Shown here in pieces: positions 57,703-64,000 of a stretch of DNA of 64,000 nt. The stretch is from the IMG/VR virus record IMGVR_UViG_3300028805_000055, positions 32,001 to 96,000 of that record; one strand, 5' to 3'. The position numbers and the translations under genes are program-made. Numbering within the stretch: position 1 is the stretch's first letter; each line of letters opens with the position of its first letter. The notes beneath the pieces were generated by a model that saw only the letters and a list, made by a program, of their open reading frames with translations, was not told the DNA's origin and ran no database searches. Source of the stretch: a virus. Lineage: Duplodnaviria > Caudoviricetes.

Positions 57703-58419
57703 TTACTCTTCCTCTGGGTCAACAGGATTGTCCTCATCAGTCTCCTCAGCAGCCTCCTCGAAGTCTTCCTCAGTGAGCAGTGCAGCAGCCTCAGCACGTG
57801 CAGCAGCCTCTGCCTCAGCCTTTGCCTTCTTCTCAGCCTCACGCTGTGGTTTGATTATGGTCTCCTGGATAATCTTGGTCTCTTCCTCATTGGCGAGGCG
57901 CAAGTCCTTGGGATTGATACACCACTGTTTCTTACCATCGGAGATACAGTGTGAGCCATCGTCGTAGCTATGCTGATAGATACCCAGGACTGTTTCACCG
58001 TTGAATTTCTTGGCACTCACCAGAGTACCCTTCTTGTGGTAGTTTACCTTTGCCATACTTTTACTAATCATTTGGTTGTTATTAAATAATGAAATTAAAA
58101 AATCGAATAACTGTTCAATCTCACGCACATCCCCGAATGCCTTTGCCTCGAATGCCCTTGACACCAGGACGTTTAAAACCTTGTCTGGGCTGTCTTCATT
58201 GATGAAGTGGAGTACTATGTCATCAGTAAGCCATGAGTGCGATACTGAGAGGTATAGGAGTCTCATTGGCTTTCTTACGAATGGTTCAGTCCTAACCATC
58301 GTGGAGATATACACATCTGGTTTGAAGATGTTGTCTCCGATGAGTTCTTTCAGTTTATCGAAGCTGTCTGTCCATCGTTTTACAGCCTTATCAAGCTCCT
58401 GTAGTTCTTTATAATTCAT
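57703..58419 (-). CDS. hypothetical protein (possibly two genes in frame; second start MAKV at 58056)
   Basis: AT-rich linker separates two codon-usage styles. Confidence 0.65.
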   Translation of the reverse strand: MNYKELQELDKAVKRWTDSFDKLKELIGDNIFKPDVYISTMVRTEPFVRKPMRLLYLSVSHSWLTDDIVLHFINEDSPDKVLNVLVSRAFEAKAFGDVREIEQLFDFLISLFNNNQMISKSMAKVNYHKKGTLVSAKKFNGETVLGIYQHSYDDGSHCISDGKKQWCINPKDLRLANEEETKIIQETIIKPQREAEKKAKAEAEAAARAEAAALLTEEDFEEAAEETDEDNPVDPEEE

Positions 58420-58503
58420 ACTGTATTTAAATTTCTGCTGCAAAGATAAATAAAAAATTTGAGATATCCAAAGAATACCTCAAATTTTAACAAATATTAG
58501 TAA

Positions 58504-59412
58504 TTATCTTTTTACTCTATAATAATCTGGAATGGGTTTCTGGGTATTCAGAAGCTCTTCGTTACCCTCGTATGGCACACACTGTAGATAATCAACATGT
58601 CTTGTGTCTATCATGCGGAAGGGCGAAAGGTTCTGCGGATGGAATGACTCGAAGAAGTGTGGAAACCATGTGTTATGCTCTCCGTCTCTTGCAAGCACAG
58701 GAGTGAATGCCTTCATCTTGGTAAAGTCATATCTCTCACCATCGTCAGTGTTTGAGGCATGATTGAACCTGTCAATGAATTCAAACCAATTCATGACCTT
58801 AGAACATCCATTTCCTTGGTCAATGTATATAACTCTTTGAACCTGGTCGATTAATCCGACGTTGTAGATATCACCTAGAACAAAACCCCAAGTACCTTTA
58901 TTGTTGACGCACACAACTTTGTCATTATACTTGAAATCGAAGTTCCAGTCCTCGTCATCATCATATGTCCAGTTGCCCCTATTCTTCAGCTCCTCATGGA
59001 GTTCAAACAGATACTTGGGGACAATATCATTGACAAAGTGGCAGGAGTTTTCATAGTAGGATTTCGATTCATCCTCCATATAGCCGTATTTCTTCCACAG
59101 ACACCTCTGGTCAGTCATTCTCATAACGGAATACTTAACCCTATAGAGCCTGTCTGGAAGCTCAGTATAATGTACATGGAGACCATTATTATGTGATACG
59201 TCTGATGGTGGTATATGAACTCTACCATCGTTGGTAATCTCTATGACTGTTTCTGGATTTGCCCACGAATCCGTCTTCATTAGACCTAGGATGGGAAACT
59301 CGCCTACTCTGTCCCAGCAGATAATTCTAACTGGTGAGTCATTGAAGAAAACCTTGGCATTACCCTTCATGATTTTCTCCTTGAATTTGATGTTAAATTT
59401 CACTTTCTTCAT
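58504..59412 (-). CDS. multi-domain hypothetical protein
   Basis: VRIICWDR and QCVPYEGNEELL modules. Confidence 0.85.
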   Translation of the reverse strand: MKKVKFNIKFKEKIMKGNAKVFFNDSPVRIICWDRVGEFPILGLMKTDSWANPETVIEITNDGRVHIPPSDVSHNNGLHVHYTELPDRLYRVKYSVMRMTDQRCLWKKYGYMEDESKSYYENSCHFVNDIVPKYLFELHEELKNRGNWTYDDDEDWNFDFKYNDKVVCVNNKGTWGFVLGDIYNVGLIDQVQRVIYIDQGNGCSKVMNWFEFIDRFNHASNTDDGERYDFTKMKAFTPVLARDGEHNTWFPHFFESFHPQNLSPFRMIDTRHVDYLQCVPYEGNEELLNTQKPIPDYYRVKR

Positions 59413-59956
59413 ATAGCTTTGTTGGATTAAGATTTTTATATACTTCAGTATTAATAAAGCACTCTATTACCTTATCATAACTAGCCTCGATAATAGGAAT
59501 TGCTAAGTCGGTAGTATCTTCATAATGGTAATTACATGAATCATGGAAGAGATAGAAATTATCCCCTGTATAATTGTCCTTAAACATGTGCTGTGTCATG
59601 CGGCATCGTCTTACATTCAGCCAGCATGTAAACTCCCACATCTTATCATTCACGTAATCCACCCTGGATGTTATCATGGATGATTTCTTGAAGTAGAATG
59701 TCTTTAAGTCACCCCACCCATAGAAGTTTTGGCTGAAATAGGCATCCCACAGGTGGCGTTCTCTAGTGACGCAATGATAGAAGAAATTCTCAAATACAGC
59801 AAGAATTTCGAACTTGAATGGGCAGAATGCGATGTATTCTCCCAGGTCAACCTCTATGTAGTCCTTACCGAACTTATAGTTTCTTAACTTAATACTGTCG
59901 TGTAGATTCTCCACGAACGTTTTATTCCTGTCGTAATATTGGTTATATGTGTTCAT
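59393..59956 (-). CDS. hypothetical protein
   Basis: Gene run. Confidence 0.8.
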   Translation of the reverse strand: MNTYNQYYDRNKTFVENLHDSIKLRNYKFGKDYIEVDLGEYIAFCPFKFEILAVFENFFYHCVTRERHLWDAYFSQNFYGWGDLKTFYFKKSSMITSRVDYVNDKMWEFTCWLNVRRCRMTQHMFKDNYTGDNFYLFHDSCNYHYEDTTDLAIPIIEASYDKVIECFINTEVYKNLNPTKLYEESEI

Positions 59957-59958
59957 GA

Positions 59959-60315
59959 TTAAAATGGCATTTCTGGTCTTTCAGCTTCTATTACCACTAT
60001 AGGTCTGGTGTCTTCCAGACACCTCGTCTCTGGATTCCACCTCATATGTTTTCTTTCCAATGCATCAAAGAGTAATTTCTTCTCCCTGTTGTTGGCAAGT
60101 TTAAAATCTCTACCCTCAACATATCCTATACCAGTCCTGGTGATAGTGGTTACATCATATAAATTGTGCCTGTTTATCAAGGCATGATACACTATAGCAT
60201 GTCTGACTTCACGTCCAAACTCAGATGTTACGAGTCTGGCATAGATGAATATCCAGTTTCTTGTAACTATGACATCACCTTCCTTGTATGTTGCTAAAAA
60301 ATCATCCTTCTCCAT
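59959..60315 (-). CDS. hypothetical protein (AxxxE..LF..L....xW family)
   Basis: LANNREKKLLFDAL...RWNPE. Confidence 0.8.
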   Translation of the reverse strand: MEKDDFLATYKEGDVIVTRNWIFIYARLVTSEFGREVRHAIVYHALINRHNLYDVTTITRTGIGYVEGRDFKLANNREKKLLFDALERKHMRWNPETRCLEDTRPIVVIEAERPEMPF

Positions 60316-60584
60316 GTTCTATATGAATTAATTGTTTGTTCTCTGCATCCCACCTAAGCCCCTTCTTCTCCAGTGTATCAAAAAACAACTTTCTTCTACT
60401 GTTAGGAGCTTGGGCTATATTGGTATAATCCTCAATACATCCAAGACCAGGGCGAGGTGGCATGTTAATTTTTATAAACTCTGTAACTCAGAATTATGTA
60501 TAAACAAAAAATTTCCACTTTGGTTATGTGGTACTGCATTTGGATTAAGATAAATCTTCATTGGTGCTTCATTTGCTTTCATAG

Positions 60585-60932
60585 TCAAATCAAATTTTTA
60601 AGTGTATGCAAAATGCCTGCCTCAACTGCTTGTTCATAAGAAGTGTACAGTATTTTATCTACATAAGGATTACGCGCAGTTCTGGGAGTAATAACAAAAA
60701 CTTGATAAAGCCAATGAATAACATCCCAAATAGAACAGATGTCGATATGAATATTATGCACTTCCCTCAACCAGCGCATAGCCCTTTGTTGAGTACAAGT
60801 GGTTACTGCTTCAGATGTCCCGTCACCGTTGTTCTTTTGGATATAATGTGTGAAGCACTCTTTATCCATTCCTTTTTCCTTTAGTAATTCTGCAATTTCA
60901 GGGTTGCAGTATGCTTCTTTTATCATAATCAA
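60585..60932 (-). CDS. hypothetical protein
   Basis: E.A.LLKEKG...WLREVHNIHI...YE.A.EAGI. Confidence 0.8.
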   Translation of the reverse strand: MIMIKEAYCNPEIAELLKEKGMDKECFTHYIQKNNGDGTSEAVTTCTQQRAMRWLREVHNIHIDICSIWDVIHWLYQVFVITPRTARNPYVDKILYTSYEQAVEAGILHTLKNLI

Positions 60933-61315
60933 TCAATTTTATACATTCCTTCTGGTGCTTCAAGAGCAAGACCTTTCTCAATTAATCCGCGATAGTCAAA
61001 ATGATGGGCATTGAGCCAATCTAAAGTGTCATAGGAAGGTATCAACGGTCCTTTAAATAAATGTATACCAACTCCCAATACAGAAAATTCCTTTAGTTCT
61101 TCCTCAGTCATACTTGACATTGGACGGAGATATGGTTTAATGTCTTTAATATTATTGTAATAAAATGCATTAAGTAGCACATCCGCATAATTATGCTTTA
61201 AATCTAACAATCCTTCTTCAGTTGTTCCATCTTTAAGCCATATCTTACACTTTACATGATAAGACAATCTTGCACTTAAATCCTTTAAAAGGAGTTCTTT
61301 ATCTTCTTGTGACAT
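60929..61315 (-). CDS. hypothetical protein (EDKELLLKDL family)
   Basis: Start MSQEDKE; C-terminus near-identical to 53730-54248. Confidence 0.85.
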   Translation of the reverse strand: MSQEDKELLLKDLSARLSYHVKCKIWLKDGTTEEGLLDLKHNYADVLLNAFYYNNIKDIKPYLRPMSSMTEEELKEFSVLGVGIHLFKGPLIPSYDTLDWLNAHHFDYRGLIEKGLALEAPEGMYKID

Positions 61316-61444
61316 AAATCTTATTTGTTTACTTTGTTTTGTCATTAATACCAATGTATTATCCTAATAGAATACCTATTATAAATCCGATAAATGTAAA
61401 AGTTTGAACAAATCCTAATCCTACCATAATTTTACTTATTTACT

Positions 61445-63250
61445 TTAATATGTATTTCTCTTTTTTAAATACCCTATTGCAGCACTCCAGCCATCATCAA
61501 ATGTAGGCTCGCTACTATGATATTCAATTTTGTCAAGAGCATCATTATAAGCATCCTTTTTCGCTTGAGCAAGCTCTTCATCAGTAATATTGGTTTGAGG
61601 CTGAATACGTTCTTTGAGCCAATTAATTAATTTATCCGCATTTCGCCCATCACCTCTCATTGTATGAATCATAGCTTCAATATCAGAAAAATTGTATTTA
61701 TCTTCTTCACTCCATTCTTTACTTGGTACAAGTTCTAAGAGAATGTTTGCTTGCTTTTTTATTGTATTTGTATCATTTGGGTCTAATCCTGCATATTGGC
61801 CAAAGAAAGAGCCACCTATGTACATCATTGCATTTTCAAAGTCAGTTAATTCGCCTGTATTTTCTTGCTTCCACTCTTGCTTTGGCTGTACCAGACCTTT
61901 GAGGGATTCGAGCCAATCAGAAAATTCCTTTCTTGAATTACAATATGGAGTAGAATAAATTAAATTATGTATTCCTCTATACATTCTTTCATCCTCTTCA
62001 CTCCATTCTTGCTTTGGTTGTGGCTGTACTCTGTCTTTGAGCCAATTAATATCTTTATCATATTCTTTTTTGCAAGGATATTGTTCCGAACAATATTCTA
62101 TTGAAGAAAGAATTGAGTTGTACCTTCTTATATCCTCGTCATTCAAAGCATGGTTCTGCTCATCCATAGCGGACTTTTGTTCAATCTTCTTCAATTCTTT
62201 CTTCTCAGCATCCCACTCATATCCTGCTTCTTTCATTTTCTGAAATAAGAGGTCACGCTGTTCTTTGGTGGCTGGATAAGGCTCTTTATATGTAAAATAA
62301 TTACCGATAGCACATTCAGTAAAGCGTAATCCATCATGAGTTTTGTAGATTCCACAATATGCACAAACTCTACCTCTTAAATCAAGTTTCCCATTATATA
62401 TAAAAATCTTATCTTTATCTTCAGCTGCAAGCACATCACCAGCCTTTGCATCTGCAATACTCCAAAGATGATAGTTGTTCTCGATGGCAGTATGTGCTAT
62501 TGTATGGTGATACCCTAAAATATCAACAACTTTATAATCAAGAGGGCTGGGTTTAGCAACTTTAATAATATTTCTTCTTTCATTGTGAACAAGCCAATCT
62601 CCAACTTTTGGTTCAACCTTATCAGTAGACTTCTGCTCAATCTTCCTCAACTCTTTTTTCTCAAAGTCAAAGATATATCCAGCATCAGCCATTGCTTTCA
62701 TCAGAGTATCGCGCTGTTCTTTGGTGGCAGGATGCAACAGTGGTACGTCGTTTGTTTTTCCCCAGTAAAAATCTTTTTCTTGTATTTTAAATTTTCCACT
62801 ATCAGCAACACAATGATAATCAACTACATCTTCATACTTTTTATTTCCTATCTTTCTAAACAATATTACACTAGCATCATCTGCAAGCACATCGCCATCC
62901 TTTGCATCTTGGATTGTCCAAAGTCTTGCATCATTTTCCAACGAATAATGCGTACAAGAATACTCTTTACCTTCATTTGTCTTATAGGCATAAGTATTAT
63001 CTAATACTTTCATTATTTGAAATATAGTGCCATCTTCATTATCTATGCACCAGTCGCCAACATTGAACTTTATCCTCTCGTCATCTGACTCTACAAGTTC
63101 GGGAAAAAGTTTTGCATACATGCCTCTTATGCCATCTTTTGTAAGATGATTGCAGATATAGTCATCAGCCAAGCAATCAAGTGCTAATTTTGCGCAATCC
63201 AAAGCCTCGTCATATCTTTGGGCTTTTTCTTCTATTGTAAGTTCTTTCAT
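61445..63250 (-). CDS. modular repeat protein
   Basis: 2x LW.I.DAK.GDVL...PATKEQRD and 3-4x EWSEED...WLK modules. Confidence 0.85.
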   Translation of the reverse strand: MKELTIEEKAQRYDEALDCAKLALDCLADDYICNHLTKDGIRGMYAKLFPELVESDDERIKFNVGDWCIDNEDGTIFQIMKVLDNTYAYKTNEGKEYSCTHYSLENDARLWTIQDAKDGDVLADDASVILFRKIGNKKYEDVVDYHCVADSGKFKIQEKDFYWGKTNDVPLLHPATKEQRDTLMKAMADAGYIFDFEKKELRKIEQKSTDKVEPKVGDWLVHNERRNIIKVAKPSPLDYKVVDILGYHHTIAHTAIENNYHLWSIADAKAGDVLAAEDKDKIFIYNGKLDLRGRVCAYCGIYKTHDGLRFTECAIGNYFTYKEPYPATKEQRDLLFQKMKEAGYEWDAEKKELKKIEQKSAMDEQNHALNDEDIRRYNSILSSIEYCSEQYPCKKEYDKDINWLKDRVQPQPKQEWSEEDERMYRGIHNLIYSTPYCNSRKEFSDWLESLKGLVQPKQEWKQENTGELTDFENAMMYIGGSFFGQYAGLDPNDTNTIKKQANILLELVPSKEWSEEDKYNFSDIEAMIHTMRGDGRNADKLINWLKERIQPQTNITDEELAQAKKDAYNDALDKIEYHSSEPTFDDGWSAAIGYLKKRNTY

Positions 63251-63510
63251 ATGCATTTAATTTATAATTTCAGTTGCAAAGTTATACAAAAAAAATGGGA
63301 TAACCAAATATTATCCCATCTTTTAAGATTTATTAACTACTGACCCTTGATTATGGGTCGTACTATTGGCTGATTCTTTTTCTTATTGCCGTGCTTCTTT
63401 TCAAACCACTTTGCTACCTTCATCATCGTCTCGTAGGTGGTGTATACAGTTCCTGCTACCGCAACAACCGTATTGATTTTCTTAATGAGTCCTAGCATAC
63501 TGATTATTGT

Positions 63511-63870
63511 TTACTCTATCGGTAATTGTCTTTGAATATTATACAGGGTGTCGTAGAAATATGACTTATTATCACTTACAATATCACACCATTCCAGATA
63601 CTCGTCATATAGGATGCTGGTAGCACCAAGGAAATCCTCTGGGTCTGAGGGACGCATCCATGCACCCTCATAGCTGGAGGTACTGCATATACCAGCCTTG
63701 TAGATATTCCATTTGCCTTTCTTCTTCATCCATTTCATGAACAAAGACCTTGTTACGGCAATCTGGTAGCTATCGCTGTTTACCTTTCTGTTTTTTGGCA
63801 GCTTCATGAGATTTTCCAAGTTCTTCAACTCTCTTTCGGAAATCCCCAATTCCTTCAACATCTTCTCCAT
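63511..63870 (-). CDS. hypothetical protein
   Basis: Gene run. Confidence 0.7.
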   Translation of the reverse strand: MEKMLKELGISERELKNLENLMKLPKNRKVNSDSYQIAVTRSLFMKWMKKKGKWNIYKAGICSTSSYEGAWMRPSDPEDFLGATSILYDEYLEWCDIVSDNKSYFYDTLYNIQRQLPIE

Positions 63871-64000
63871 TGAATTTAATTCCTATTACGATTTTTTCTG
63901 ATAATGGTTTACCTGGCTCTAGCTTCAGTACCGTCACACTAATGTTCGTCCTGTACCATTTCACACTCTTGAAATGATATGTAATTCTCCTACCCTCGTC

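Noticed and set aside
57615-58414. Long + strand and alternative-frame ORFs overlapping 57703-58419, and similar shadow ORFs elsewhere
   Set aside because: Antisense shadows of strongly codon-biased genes, with no promoters or leaders.
1-64000. Stop-codon recoding (Lak/crAss-type TAG=Gln)
   Set aside because: Genes tile densely in code 11 and several end in TAG. The only clear internal stops (4904 TGA, 5114 TAA) are of different types in one gene.

Overview
The window is a 64 kb piece of a large lytic (jumbo-type) dsDNA phage infecting Bacteroidota, probably Prevotella/Bacteroidales. It uses the standard genetic code and has no recognisable structural or DNA-polymerase genes. About 36 host-type promoters (TTTG-N~20-TAnnTTTG) drive well over 100 small, mostly hypothetical genes. 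The densest part is a leftward early/host-takeover array at 16.4-43.7 kb. Recognisable products are a metallophosphoesterase (partial), a ferritin/Dps-like protein, SprT and HEXXH peptidases, an AAA+ ATPase, a macro-like protein, an RNA ligase, a GNAT, a UvrD/Rep helicase, a host-derived but altered sigma70, GP88-like and DUF932 proteins, five paralogues with ADP-ribosyltransferase-like motifs, and tRNA-Leu(TAA). The non-coding layer is the most interesting part. (i) At least 7 transcript 3' ends read as antisense to a Bacteroidota start-codon region followed by a terminator (candidate sRNA family). (ii) There are two host-consensus parS centromeres. (iii) An origin/terminus-like region at 15.9-19.9 kb holds three 68-bp composite sites, a G-quadruplex tract and a GCTGG tract. 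(iv) Fused terminator-promoter junctions bracket gene cassettes. (v) There is a train of structured RNAs and several aberrant tRNA-like RNAs. (vi) There is a polar 18-bp motif, a fixed-position leader hairpin, and a 23 kb zone apparently free of CCWGG. All calls were made by eye; no database searches were run.
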